A stretch of 64,000 bases of DNA from an uncultured delta proteobacterium. Lineage in GTDB: Bacteria; Desulfobacterota; Syntrophia; Syntrophales; Fen-1087. Below are positions 6,964 to 15,580 of the stretch, piece after piece. Every line of letters starts with the position of its first letter. Position 1 is the first letter of the stretch. Location: assembly GCA_963754515.1 (NCBI GenBank), contig CAVWGC010000001.1, positions 456-64,455 on the forward strand, given 5' to 3'. A model generated the notes under the pieces. The model ran no database searches. It had not been told where the DNA came from and saw only the letters and a list, made by a program, of their open reading frames with translations. The translations under genes were made by a program, and so were the position numbers.

Positions 6964-7482
6964 ATGATAAAAAAACCAAATGGGCCCGTCAGCGTCGTCA
7001 TGGGAAGCGACTCCGACCTGCCCGTGATGGAAGAAACCATCAAGATCCTCGAAGAGTTCGGCATCGCCCATGAGGTCTTGCTGACCTCCGCGCACCGTTC
7101 ACCGGAGAGGACCTCATCTTTTGCCAGAGGGGCGGCGGGACGCGGCGTCCGCGTGATTATCGTCGGGGCCGGCGCTGCGGCGCACCTGGCCGGCGTGATC
7201 GCATCTCAGACCCATCTGCCGGTCATCGGCATTCCCATTGATGCCACCTCGTTGCGTGGCCTGGACGCCCTGCTGTCCACCGTGCAGATGCCGGGCGGCA
7301 TTCCCGTGGCGACCATGGCCATCGGTAAGGCGGGGGCGAAAAACGCCGCCCTCATGGCCATCCGGATACTGGCCCTTGAAGACGCCGTCCTGCGAAACAA
7401 GCTGCAGGCCTACTACAAGAAGATGGCAAAGGATGTTGAAAAAAGACAGAAAAGTTTAAATGCCGCAAGTTCTAAAAATTGA
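6964..7482 (+). CDS. purE: 5-(carboxyamino)imidazole ribonucleotide mutase
   Basis: [14 protein letters not shown]...TSAHRSPER...[23 protein letters not shown]. The ATG at 6964 follows GAAGGA. Confidence 0.9.
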   Translation: MIKKPNGPVSVVMGSDSDLPVMEETIKILEEFGIAHEVLLTSAHRSPERTSSFARGAAGRGVRVIIVGAGAAAHLAGVIASQTHLPVIGIPIDATSLRGLDALLSTVQMPGGIPVATMAIGKAGAKNAALMAIRILALEDAVLRNKLQAYYKKMAKDVEKRQKSLNAASSKN

Positions 7483-8098
7483 TCCCCAAAAGCCTGAACC
7501 GGATCTCATCGGCCATGCGATCCGAATTTTAAAGACAGGTGGGATCATTGCCTTCCCCACGGAGACTTTCTACGGACTGGCCGCTGATGCCACAAACCCC
7601 GAAGCCGTCGAGAGGATCTTTCGCATCAAGGGACGACAATTCAACAATCCCGTCGCGCTGATCATCGGCAGTGAAGAACATTTAGACAACCTTGTTGAAG
7701 AAATTCCCGATTACGGACGGCTGCTGATCCGGGCTTTCTGGCCGGGTCCGCTCACCCTCTTGTTTAAATCCTCCGCTCAAATTATCCCGCGATTGACCGC
7801 GCACTCCGGCAAAATCGGTATCCGGATTTCCAGCCACCCTGTCGCGGCCGCTCTCGCCATACACCTGGGCGGCCCTATCACCGCAACAAGCGCCAATCTT
7901 TCCGGCGCGCCCGAGTGTTGCGCCGCCGCGGAGGTGCTGGCCAGTCTGGGCGATCGCGTCGATCTCGTCATCGACGGCGGCGCCACACCGGGAGGCAAGG
8001 GCTCGACCTTGCTCGACATCACCGCAGATCCCCCCTTATGCCTGCGTGAAGGAACGATCACACGCCTGAACATTCGGGAAGCGCTTAACGCTGCCTGA
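7460..8098 (+). CDS. tsaC: L-threonylcarbamoyladenylate synthase (YrdC/TsaC type)
   Basis: IAFPTETFYGLAADATNPEAVERIFRIKGR..NNPVALII and ATSANLSG motifs. 212 aa, YrdC domain only. Confidence 0.85.
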   Translation: MPQVLKIDPQKPEPDLIGHAIRILKTGGIIAFPTETFYGLAADATNPEAVERIFRIKGRQFNNPVALIIGSEEHLDNLVEEIPDYGRLLIRAFWPGPLTLLFKSSAQIIPRLTAHSGKIGIRISSHPVAAALAIHLGGPITATSANLSGAPECCAAAEVLASLGDRVDLVIDGGATPGGKGSTLLDITADPPLCLREGTITRLNIREALNAA

Positions 8099-8181
8099 GG
8101 GGGGTTGCACAACCGGCGTGAAACGGTTTGCTCTACAAGACGTGGAAACAGACAGACCTAGCGTCGTATCAATCAAGAAAT

Positions 8182-8243
8182 GTCATTTCGACCGCAGGGA
8201 GAAATCTAAGATTTCTCAGTCGTGAAGACTCCTTCGAAATGAC
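8182..8243. repeat. Nested hairpin repeat (GTCATTTCGA...TCGAAATGAC)
   Basis: 10-bp outer arms at 8182-8191 and 8234-8243. Inner near-palindrome GAAATCTAAGATTTC. Confidence 0.6.
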
Positions 8244-8295
8244 AGAGTATCGTTGACATGACACTAGCACGGCAGGCGTTCAACGGAGGCCACCG

Positions 8296-8721
8296 TTACG
8301 GCAGATAGGCCGACCATTTACTGATTGTCTGCTGTGCAAGATCCGGAAAAGCCAGAAACCCGGCGCCGGCCAGGATCAGCAGCAACGCCAGCAGATAGGC
8401 CAATACCCTCAGCCTGCCGCGCGCGGGGCGCTCCTCTGACGCCGCAACGTCTTCCATGTCCTCAATATCGTCCTTGATGTTGATGACCGGTTCTGCATCG
8501 ACGCCGTCCTCCGGCTGCGTATCAGGTCTATCCTCCTTGCGGCCGATGGGGCTCCGCTCGATGTGGGACTCCTCGGCCTGCGGGGCGACAGGCGATCCGA
8601 GAGGATGACCCTGGAAAAATTCGTACCGACAGCGGCCGCAGCAGACCCAGACGCCTTCTTCGCGCATGAGCGCATCGTCGAAGCGGAATTTTGCCGAACA
8701 TCGGCTGCACTGGATGATCAT
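8296..8721 (-). CDS. MJ0042-type zinc-ribbon protein with a C-terminal TM anchor
   Basis: MIIQCSRCSAKFRFDD...VWVCCGRCRYEF (CxxC...CxxC), an acidic linker, and a hydrophobic tail LAYLLALLLILAGAGFLAF. Confidence 0.7.
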   Translation of the reverse strand: MIIQCSRCSAKFRFDDALMREEGVWVCCGRCRYEFFQGHPLGSPVAPQAEESHIERSPIGRKEDRPDTQPEDGVDAEPVINIKDDIEDMEDVAASEERPARGRLRVLAYLLALLLILAGAGFLAFPDLAQQTISKWSAYLP

Positions 8722-8747
8722 GCTTTCTCTCCTCTATTCTTTGACAG

Positions 8748-8863
8748 CTGCGCAAAAAGCCCGGATGCTGCGTTGCGCTTCATCCTTCGTCGTTGCGGCG
8801 TACGCCAGAGTACGCCTCACTCCTCAGGATTCGCGCGCCTTGCCTGCGGAGCTTTTTGCGCAG
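8748..8863 (+). repeat. Repeat family R1, short form (116 bp core)
   Basis: 13-bp perfect terminal inverted repeats CTGCGCAAAAAGC / GCTTTTTGCGCAG. Homologous to 16718-16852, 45519-45653 and 51817-51931(-). A conserved tail extends to the hpt stop at 8904-8906. Confidence 0.85.
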
Positions 8864-8903
8864 CCGTCGAATTTTGACAATGATCCGACTCTTTGCGAAG
8901 TCG

Positions 8904-9419
8904 TCATTCTTTGTAAATGCAGATGTCTGGCAAATCCCGGCCCTGCTCGTTGAAATCCAGGCCGTAGCCGATCACGAAACGGTCCTCGATGTCGAATCCC
9001 GTGTAATCCGCCGTAAACGGGACCTTGCGACGCATCTTCTTGTCCAGCAGGACGCAGACCCTGAGCGATCGGGGTCCCCTTGCCTTCAGGGTCTCCACGA
9101 GAAAAGACAGCGTCAGGCCCGTATCCACGATATCCTCCACGATCAGCACATCCCGGTCAGTGATGGACAGGCCGATATCCTTTTTGATGACCACGTCCCC
9201 GGAACTGACGGCCCCGCTGCCGTAACTGGCCAGTTGGGTAAAATCTACCCTGCAGGGAACATTCAGGGCCCGGATCAGGTCGGCCATGAAGATAAAAGCA
9301 CCCTTGAGAACCCCCACGATAATGAGTTCCCCCCCGGCATAGTCGCGGGAGATCTCATCGGCCAGTTCCCGGACGCGCCGGTTGATCTCGTCTTTTGAAA
9401 TAAGCACTTCCCGGTTCAT
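8904..9419 (-). CDS. hpt: Hypoxanthine phosphoribosyltransferase
   Basis: MNREVLISKDEINRRVRELADEI..., PRPP motif VLIVEDIVDTGLTL, FVIGYGLD. Start set at MNREV (cat at 9417-9419). The track ORF extends into a repeat. Confidence 0.9.
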   Translation of the reverse strand: MNREVLISKDEINRRVRELADEISRDYAGGELIIVGVLKGAFIFMADLIRALNVPCRVDFTQLASYGSGAVSSGDVVIKKDIGLSITDRDVLIVEDIVDTGLTLSFLVETLKARGPRSLRVCVLLDKKMRRKVPFTADYTGFDIEDRFVIGYGLDFNEQGRDLPDICIYKE

Positions 9420-9512
9420 GGATCCCCTGAGGTCGCCCTCCTGTATACGATGTGACCATGTAACTGAGCAGCCCTGGCCTGTCAAGCAAAATGAGAATTT
9501 CGCCCCTTTTAT

Positions 9513-9549
9513 GTAAATGGGGACAGAATTCAATTCTGTCCCCATTTAC
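9513..9549. repeat. 37-nt perfect palindrome (family GP)
   Basis: GTAAATGGGGACAGAATT-C-AATTCTGTCCCCATTTAC, with 18-bp arms. Confidence 0.9.
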
Positions 9550-9552
9550 CCG

Positions 9553-10359
9553 TCACCAATGGCTGATGAATTCGTCGATGGCGGCCTGGATCAGACGCTC
9601 CGCCGCAGTCAGGTCTTCCCGGCTTGAAAATTCCGAAGACAGGCTCAAGAATATCCGGTCGAACCGCGACGGCTCGCAGCCCAGCCTTTCATAGTCAATC
9701 TGCTTGATCATATACTGGGAGCCGTCAAAGTAGTATTTTCCCAGCCGGTTGACGGCGGGCGATCGAAACGGCCAGGTCAGCTTGAATGCAAAGAACCGCC
9801 GCGCGGCCTCCCGCAGCGGGCCGCTGATAAAATGCTCCGGCGCGGGCGCCTCGCCGACACCGTCGCTGATCAGGCTAAAATAGGCCTTGACGAGGTCAAT
9901 ATCCGTCAGGCAGAGGCCGTAGCCGTACCAGTCGTCGAAGATATGCAGCAGCGCCAGCTTCTCCCGGTGCGATATGTAATGATAGCTGGGGCAGACGTGA
10001 CCTTCGCACAGTTCCCGGCCGTAGAAGGAGACGCCCCGCAGGTCGGCCCCGCCATGCTGAAGCGGATGCAGCAGGCACCCCACGCGTTTTTCTTCCGGGT
10101 CAAGAAAGCCGATATACTCGCAGCAGTAGATCCCTTCATAGCGCTTTGCCTGGTCTTCCTCCTGCCGGGTCTGATCTGAAAAGGCAGGCAGGTCCTCGAT
10201 CCCGCGGACGCTTGCATGGAATCGGGCCGTGCGCGTGCGCAGCCGGCCCACGAGCGACGCCCGCGTGCTGTCGGCATAGTTATAGAGGCCGCAGCAGGCC
10301 CCGCAGGACTTGCCGGCATCGGGCTGGCACAAATGGGCAAATGGGTCGTTCATAATCAT
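9553..10359 (-). CDS. Cysteine-rich hypothetical protein (possibly a YkgJ-like Cys-cluster protein)
   Basis: KSCGACCGLYN, YCCEYIGF, VGCLLHP and LCEGHVCPSYH clusters. Start set at MIMNDPF (10359) because the upstream part of the track ORF is repeat DNA. Confidence 0.55.
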   Translation of the reverse strand: MIMNDPFAHLCQPDAGKSCGACCGLYNYADSTRASLVGRLRTRTARFHASVRGIEDLPAFSDQTRQEEDQAKRYEGIYCCEYIGFLDPEEKRVGCLLHPLQHGGADLRGVSFYGRELCEGHVCPSYHYISHREKLALLHIFDDWYGYGLCLTDIDLVKAYFSLISDGVGEAPAPEHFISGPLREAARRFFAFKLTWPFRSPAVNRLGKYYFDGSQYMIKQIDYERLGCEPSRFDRIFLSLSSEFSSREDLTAAERLIQAAIDEFISHW

Positions 10360-10364
10360 CTTAT

Positions 10365-10427
10365 TACACCGGCAACAATATATATCAAAGTCGTCATTCC
10401 CGCGGAAGCGGGAATCCATGACTGTAC
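10365..10427 (+). repeat. R2 element, truncated half copy (63 bp)
   Basis: TACACCGGCAACAATATATATCAAAGTCGTCATTCCCGCGGAAGCGGGAATCCATGACTGTAC matches one half of 5387-5505. It abuts the palindrome at 10430. Confidence 0.8.
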
Positions 10428-10429
10428 CG

Positions 10430-10470
10430 GGGTTAATGGGGACAGAATTGAATTCTGTCCCCATTAACCC
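10430..10470. repeat. 41-nt perfect palindrome (family GP)
   Basis: GGGTTAATGGGGACAGAATT-G-AATTCTGTCCCCATTAACCC, with 20-bp arms. Confidence 0.9.
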
Positions 10471-10538
10471 ATAGTCTCGCTGGCTTATATTGCGGATCAA
10501 GGTTGCAGGTCAAGATCAAAGATGATAAAGGTCAGCCC

Positions 10539-10943
10539 ATGATGAAACTTTACGAGCAAATACCGATGCCCAACGGCCTGACGGTCGAAGTCTATGATCT
10601 GTCCCGGCCAATCGCGGCGGACACGGTCAGGGTGGAGATGGTCATCAGAATCCCGGTGACGCTCAGTCCGGATGATTTTGCCGAGACGTCCCGGTTTGAA
10701 CAGACGCGCGCCGTCTTCGGAGAAGAGATTGTTTACGAACACCGCCTGGAACGGAGCTTTGTGACGAGCGAGCAGAAGGACGACGTTTTCCGGACGCTGC
10801 TTTCGACCTTCAAGCAGACTTCGCTGCCCTATCTTTCGAGTCCCGAATTCCGCACCCGCTTTGCCGCATCCAAATACCGGGACATTCTGCAGAATCCTTA
10901 CAAGTACCGTCATCGGCAGGACAATTCGACGGTGTCCGCATGA
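10539..10943 (+). CDS. Hypothetical protein, translationally coupled to the radical-SAM gene
   Basis: Track ORF 10503..10943 (TTG). First ATGs at 10539 and 10542. ATGA overlap with the next gene. No motif recognised. Confidence 0.5.
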   Translation: MMKLYEQIPMPNGLTVEVYDLSRPIAADTVRVEMVIRIPVTLSPDDFAETSRFEQTRAVFGEEIVYEHRLERSFVTSEQKDDVFRTLLSTFKQTSLPYLSSPEFRTRFAASKYRDILQNPYKYRHRQDNSTVSA

Positions 10944-13507
10944 ACTGGGAAGACATCCTGCTTGCCGTTGAGAAGCCCAGCCGCTACACCGGCGGGGAGG
11001 TCAACGCCGTCAAAAAGGACCGCCGGGCCTGTGAATTGAGCGTCGCCCTGGCCTTTCCGGATACCTACGAAGTGGGCATGTCGCATCTGGGCCTCCAGAT
11101 TCTCTACGCCATCCTCAATCAACACCCCCGCATCCTGGCCGAGCGGTGCTACGCCCCCTGGCCGGACATGGAGCAGCAGATGCGGCGCCACGGCCTTCCG
11201 CTGGCGTCGCTGGAGTCGCATACGCCGCTGCATCGCTTCGACATCGTCGGCTTCTCGCTGCAGTATGAACTCAGCTATACAAATGTGCTCAACATGCTCG
11301 ATCTGGGGGGCGTCCCCCTGCAGGCGGCAGACCGCAGTGACGGCCATCCGTTCGTCATTGCCGGCGGCCCCTGCGCCTTTCATCCCGCCCCGATGGCCCG
11401 ATTTATCGACGCCTTCGTCATCGGCGAGGGGGAGGAGGCGATCTCGGAGATCGCCCAAGCCGTCCTGGACGACAAACTAAGCGGGCGCAGGCGTCCGGAG
11501 ACACTGCAGCGCCTGGCAGGCATCGCCGGCGTTTATTGCCCGGCCGTCCACACCGCTCAGAATCCGATAAAAAAACGCGTGATTCCCGACATCAACGCAT
11601 GGCCTTTCCCACTGCGGCCTGTCGTCCCGCTCATGCAGACGATCCATAACCGGGCCACCATCGAGATCGCACGGGGCTGCACGCGGGGCTGCCGTTTCTG
11701 TCAGGCGGGCATGGTCTGGCGGCCCGTGCGCGAACGGGATCAGGCCGGTATCGAGCGGATGGCTGAGGAAATGCTCTGTTCAACGGGTCATCACGAACTG
11801 TCGCTGCTGTCGTTAAGCACCGGAGATTACAGCCGCATCGGACCTTTGCTCACCGCCCTGATGGACCGCTACCACGGGCGGCGCGTGGCAATGGCCCTTC
11901 CGTCCCTGCGCACGGAAACCCTGACCCGGTCGCTCATGGAAGAAATCAAACGGGTCCGCAAGACGAGCTTCACGCTGGCCCCCGAGGCCGGCACACAGCG
12001 TCTGCGGGACACAATCAACAAGGGCAACTCAGAGGCGGACCTGCTGGCAACGACCGAACAGGTCTTCGCCGCCGGCTGGAAATCGGTCAAACTCTATTTC
12101 ATGCTGGGGCTGCCTTCAGAAACGCAGGCGGACATTGAGGGCATCGCGGACCTGGCCCACCAGGTTCTCAGGGAGGCAAAGCGGCGCGGCCAGGTGACCG
12201 TAAGCCTTTCGACATTCGTGCCGAAGCCCCATACGCCTTTCCAGTGGGCAAGACAGATCGGCCTCGCAGAAACCCGCGAAAAACAGGACTATCTCAAGCG
12301 GCGCCTGCGCGGCCCGAGTCTCCATGTCAAGTGGCAGGACGCCCGCATGAGCCTGCTGGAAGGCCTGCTCGCGCGCGGCGACGAAGCGATCGGCCTGCTG
12401 ATCGAACGGGCCTTTGCCTCCGGCTGCCGCTTTGACGGCTGGTCCGATCTTTTCCGCTTCGATCTGTGGGAGCAGGCCATGACCGATCTGGCGGTCCGGC
12501 CGGAAGCGGAACTCCGGGAAAGGGGCCTTACGGAACCTTTTCCCTGGGATCGGATCGATTGCGGCCTCAGCCGGGAGTTTCTGGTCCGGGAGTGGCATAA
12601 AGCGACGCAGGGCGCCTTGACAGCGGACTGCCGCCTGGAGCAATGCCATCTCTGCGGCGTCTGCGACCATCGCAGCATCAAAATGATCAGCGCTGCGGAT
12701 AGTCCGCCGCTTCCGGCAGACGGGTTTGCTTCAACCGGCGTTTCGTCTGCGGGCATAGCCGCCTCCGGCGAACTGAGAGCCATTCCGGCAGGCGGCCTGA
12801 CGGCGCCGCACGGGCCGCTCGGCGCCGGGGACCGTTTTCAGAAATCGCCCCTGGAAAAACGACTGCGGATCGAATTCACCAAACTGGGTCCCTCGCGGTT
12901 TCTGTCTCACCTGGAGCTGTCGGCCGCGCTGATCCGCGCCGTGCATCAGAGCGGCCTGACCTTTGTTTATTCCCAGGGATTTCACCCCCTGCCGAAGATT
13001 TCATTTGCTTTCGCGACGGCCGTAGGAATGGAAAGCCACGGGGAATACGCCGATATCCAGATCAGAAACAGCCTTTCAGGCGCAATGCCAATCGGGGAAA
13101 TGAACGCCTTCTTACCGGAAGGCATGACGGTCAAAAGCCTCCGCGAGATCCCGTCGTATCGCCCGTCCCTTTCCGAGGAAATCCGGGGCTTTCAATATCA
13201 CCTCCGCCTGCCGGCGACAGTCGGGCCGGACAGGGATGCGGCCATCGCATCGAAGCTGGACCAATTTCTCGGCGCCGCTACGTTCACGATCACGCGCAAG
13301 GCCAAAGACAAAACCGTCGTGAAGGATATCCGCCCGCTCGTTGAGGACCTGCGGCTCGATCCGGAGCAGCGCCGGATCGAACTTCGCGCCGCCTGCAAGC
13401 CGGCGGGCCTGGTCCGGCCGGCGGATATTCTGACCCAAGTCTGCGGCTTCGACGAGGACACGGCGCGGGGCGTGCGCATCGTCAAGCAGGAAACCTTTTT
13501 TCGATAA
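10940..13507 (+). CDS. B12-binding-domain radical SAM protein (TIGR03960-like) fused to a DUF2344/TIGR03936-like domain
   Basis: N-terminus MNWEDILLAVEKPSRYTGGE. Radical-SAM cluster IEIARGCTRGCRFCQAG. A low-complexity linker (about aa 585-640). C-terminal LRIEFTKLGPSRFLSHLE typical of DUF2344. Confidence 0.8.
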   Translation: MNWEDILLAVEKPSRYTGGEVNAVKKDRRACELSVALAFPDTYEVGMSHLGLQILYAILNQHPRILAERCYAPWPDMEQQMRRHGLPLASLESHTPLHRFDIVGFSLQYELSYTNVLNMLDLGGVPLQAADRSDGHPFVIAGGPCAFHPAPMARFIDAFVIGEGEEAISEIAQAVLDDKLSGRRRPETLQRLAGIAGVYCPAVHTAQNPIKKRVIPDINAWPFPLRPVVPLMQTIHNRATIEIARGCTRGCRFCQAGMVWRPVRERDQAGIERMAEEMLCSTGHHELSLLSLSTGDYSRIGPLLTALMDRYHGRRVAMALPSLRTETLTRSLMEEIKRVRKTSFTLAPEAGTQRLRDTINKGNSEADLLATTEQVFAAGWKSVKLYFMLGLPSETQADIEGIADLAHQVLREAKRRGQVTVSLSTFVPKPHTPFQWARQIGLAETREKQDYLKRRLRGPSLHVKWQDARMSLLEGLLARGDEAIGLLIERAFASGCRFDGWSDLFRFDLWEQAMTDLAVRPEAELRERGLTEPFPWDRIDCGLSREFLVREWHKATQGALTADCRLEQCHLCGVCDHRSIKMISAADSPPLPADGFASTGVSSAGIAASGELRAIPAGGLTAPHGPLGAGDRFQKSPLEKRLRIEFTKLGPSRFLSHLELSAALIRAVHQSGLTFVYSQGFHPLPKISFAFATAVGMESHGEYADIQIRNSLSGAMPIGEMNAFLPEGMTVKSLREIPSYRPSLSEEIRGFQYHLRLPATVGPDRDAAIASKLDQFLGAATFTITRKAKDKTVVKDIRPLVEDLRLDPEQRRIELRAACKPAGLVRPADILTQVCGFDEDTARGVRIVKQETFFR

Positions 13508-13529
13508 TATAAATTTGATATAAATTATA

Positions 13530-13559
13530 TTGACAAACGCTTTTAACTTCCGGTATAAG
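13530..13559 (+). promoter_or_regulatory. Sigma70-like promoter for rplU-rpmA
   Basis: TTGACA at 13530-13535, 18-nt spacer, TATAAG at 13554-13559, preceded by an AT-rich UP-like tract. Confidence 0.5.
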
Positions 13560-13593
13560 TGCCGTTCAAAATTTTTCAACGAGGACAGGAATC

Positions 13594-13905
13594 ATGTACG
13601 CAGTGATAAAAGCAGGCGGAAAGCAGCACCGGGTCTCGCCCGGAGAAGTGCTCGCCGTTGAGAAGATCGCCGGTAATCGCGGTGAACAGGTTGTTTTCGA
13701 TCAGGTATTGATGGTCGTCGATGAGACGGATATCCGGATCGGCGCGCCCATCGTCGCAGGGGCCAGGGTGGTCGGCGAAATCCTGGAACAGAAAAAAGGA
13801 CCGAAAATCAACATTTTCAAAATGAAGCGCCGCAAGGGCTCCAAGAAAAAAACCGGGCATCGCCAGCTCTTGACCAGCATGAAGATCAAGGAAATATCGG
13901 TGTAA
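13594..13905 (+). CDS. rplU: 50S ribosomal protein L21
   Basis: [24 protein letters not shown]...GHRQ. Confidence 0.95.
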   Translation: MYAVIKAGGKQHRVSPGEVLAVEKIAGNRGEQVVFDQVLMVVDETDIRIGAPIVAGARVVGEILEQKKGPKINIFKMKRRKGSKKKTGHRQLLTSMKIKEISV

Positions 13906-13917
13906 GCGGAGGACAGT

Positions 13918-14178
13918 ATGGCACACAAGAAGGGACAGGGGAGTTCCCGTAACGGGCGGGACAGCAATGCGCAGCGGCGGGGCGTCAAGGTTTTCGGCGG
14001 CCAGCAGATCAATGCCGGCGGCATCATCGTCCGCCAGGTGGGAACCCGGATCCATCCCGGCAATAACGTCGGATTAGGCAGGGACTACACGCTTTATGCC
14101 AGAATCGACGGTTTTGTCACCTATGAGCGGCTGGATAAAACAAGAAAAAAGGTCAGCGTTTACGCCGCACAGGCTTGA
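13918..14178 (+). CDS. rpmA: 50S ribosomal protein L27
   Basis: [29 protein letters not shown]. Confidence 0.95.
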   Translation: MAHKKGQGSSRNGRDSNAQRRGVKVFGGQQINAGGIIVRQVGTRIHPGNNVGLGRDYTLYARIDGFVTYERLDKTRKKVSVYAAQA

Positions 14179-14209
14179 TTTGCATACATAAAGGAGGATG
14201 CCGGTTCGC

Positions 14210-14419
14210 ATGGACGAGCGAGAAAGAGGCGTTGTTAAATGGTTCAACGACAAGAAAGGGTACGGATTCATTTCCCGTGAGTCGGGAAAGGACATTTTTG
14301 TTCACCATTCATCCATCGTCAGTGAAGGGTTTCGCAGCCTGAAGGAGGGCGATCAGGTTGAATTCTCCATCAAGCAGGACGAAAAGGGACAGGCGGCTGC
14401 CGATGTCCGCAAGGTTTAA
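14210..14419 (+). CDS. Cold-shock domain protein (CspA family)
   Basis: [15 protein letters not shown] (RNP1) and DIFVHHSSI (RNP2). Start choice 14198 versus 14210 is uncertain. Confidence 0.9.
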   Translation: MDERERGVVKWFNDKKGYGFISRESGKDIFVHHSSIVSEGFRSLKEGDQVEFSIKQDEKGQAAADVRKV

Positions 14420-14467
14420 GCGACGCCGGCCATCCGCGTTTGCCCGGATAAAATAGCTGTACATTAT

Positions 14468-14502
14468 AAGGCACTTTTTCAGAAAGTGCCTTTTGTGTTT
14501 TT
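14468..14502 (+). terminator. Rho-independent terminator after csp
   Basis: AAGGCACTTT-ttcag-AAAGTGCCTT followed by TTGTGTTTTT. Confidence 0.75.
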
Positions 14503-14510
14503 GAATCCCC

Positions 14511-15518
14511 ATGAAATTTATCGACGAAGCGAAGATTTATGTGAAGGCGGGCGACGGCGGCAAGGGCTGCGTGAGTTTCCGGCGCGAAAAGTTTGTCCCC
14601 CGGGGCGGACCGAACGGCGGAGACGGCGGCAAGGGGGGCGATGTGATCATCCGGGCCGTCAACAGCCACCGGACCCTGCTGGATTTGAAATACCGGCAGC
14701 ATCAGACGGCAGAACGGGGCGGAGCCGGCGAGGGGAGCAACCGGACCGGACGAAGCTCGGATGATATTGTGGTGGTCGTTCCGATCGGCACCCTGGTCAA
14801 AGATGCCGATACCGGCGACGTGCTGGCCGATCTGACGGCGGACGGCCAGTCTTTCATCGCCGCCAGGGGCGGCATCGGCGGCCGCGGCAACGCCCGTTTC
14901 GCCACGGCGAGAAATCGGGCGCCGCGTTTTGCCCAGGACGGCATTCCCGGAGAAGAACGTAAGCTGCTGCTCGAACTCAAGCTGCTGGCCGATGTGGGCA
15001 TCATCGGCATGCCCAACGTGGGTAAATCGACCTTTATCGCCAGAGTCTCCGCTGCCCGGCCCAAAATCGCGGATTATCCCTTCACGACGCTGACTCCAAA
15101 CCTGGGGGTCGTGCGTCTGGACGTTGATGCGAGCTTTGTCATTGCCGACATCCCCGGCCTGATCCCGGGCGCTTCCCAGGGGCTGGGCATGGGCGTCCGT
15201 TTCCTGCGTCATGTGGAACGGACGACTCTTCTTCTGCATATCCTCGATATCACAAATGATTCTGACCCATGGACGAATTTCGAGGCCATCAACCGGGAGC
15301 TGGCCCGGTTCAGTCCGGAGCTGGTTCAAAAACCGCAGATCGTGGGGATAAACAAGCTCGACCTGCCGGAGACGCGCGAGAGAATCAAAAAAGAGATTGA
15401 CAACTTCCGTGGAAAAGGCATAGAAATCCTGACGTTTTCCGCTGTCACGGGTGAAGGCGTCAGCGAGGCCATCGGCCGGATCGCCCGAACACTGCAGACA
15501 GCAAACGAAGCCGGATAA
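14511..15518 (+). CDS. obgE: GTPase Obg/CgtA
   Basis: MKFIDEAKIYVKAGDGGKGCVSFRREKF, G1 motif GMPNVGKST, DIPGLI. Confidence 0.95.
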   Translation: MKFIDEAKIYVKAGDGGKGCVSFRREKFVPRGGPNGGDGGKGGDVIIRAVNSHRTLLDLKYRQHQTAERGGAGEGSNRTGRSSDDIVVVVPIGTLVKDADTGDVLADLTADGQSFIAARGGIGGRGNARFATARNRAPRFAQDGIPGEERKLLLELKLLADVGIIGMPNVGKSTFIARVSAARPKIADYPFTTLTPNLGVVRLDVDASFVIADIPGLIPGASQGLGMGVRFLRHVERTTLLLHILDITNDSDPWTNFEAINRELARFSPELVQKPQIVGINKLDLPETRERIKKEIDNFRGKGIEILTFSAVTGEGVSEAIGRIARTLQTANEAG

Positions 15519-15580
15519 ATTCAGGGCCGTCACCGGATTGCGCAAAAAAGGCATACGAATTAACAGATGATAAAGGCATT

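Noticed and set aside
9419-9545. N-terminal extensions of track ORFs into intergenic repeats (hpt to 9545, Cys-rich ORF to 10500, ATPase to 2414, panE-like to 31653, XRE to 43626, porA to 40522, ACS from 36028).
   Set aside because: The extensions run through repeat elements or lack family-typical sequence. Internal ATGs with good RBS or ATGA coupling give N-termini matching the families.
3212-10470. CRISPR array formed by the GGGACA-core palindromes.
   Set aside because: The copies are not regularly spaced. They occur in both orientations, are separated by whole genes, and are perfect palindromes far longer than typical CRISPR repeats. No cas genes are in the window.
13918-14511. A cold-shock gene with its own terminator inserted between rpmA and obg, as a sign of rearrangement.
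   Set aside because: It is probably just lineage-specific gene order. There are no repeats or compositional breaks at its borders.
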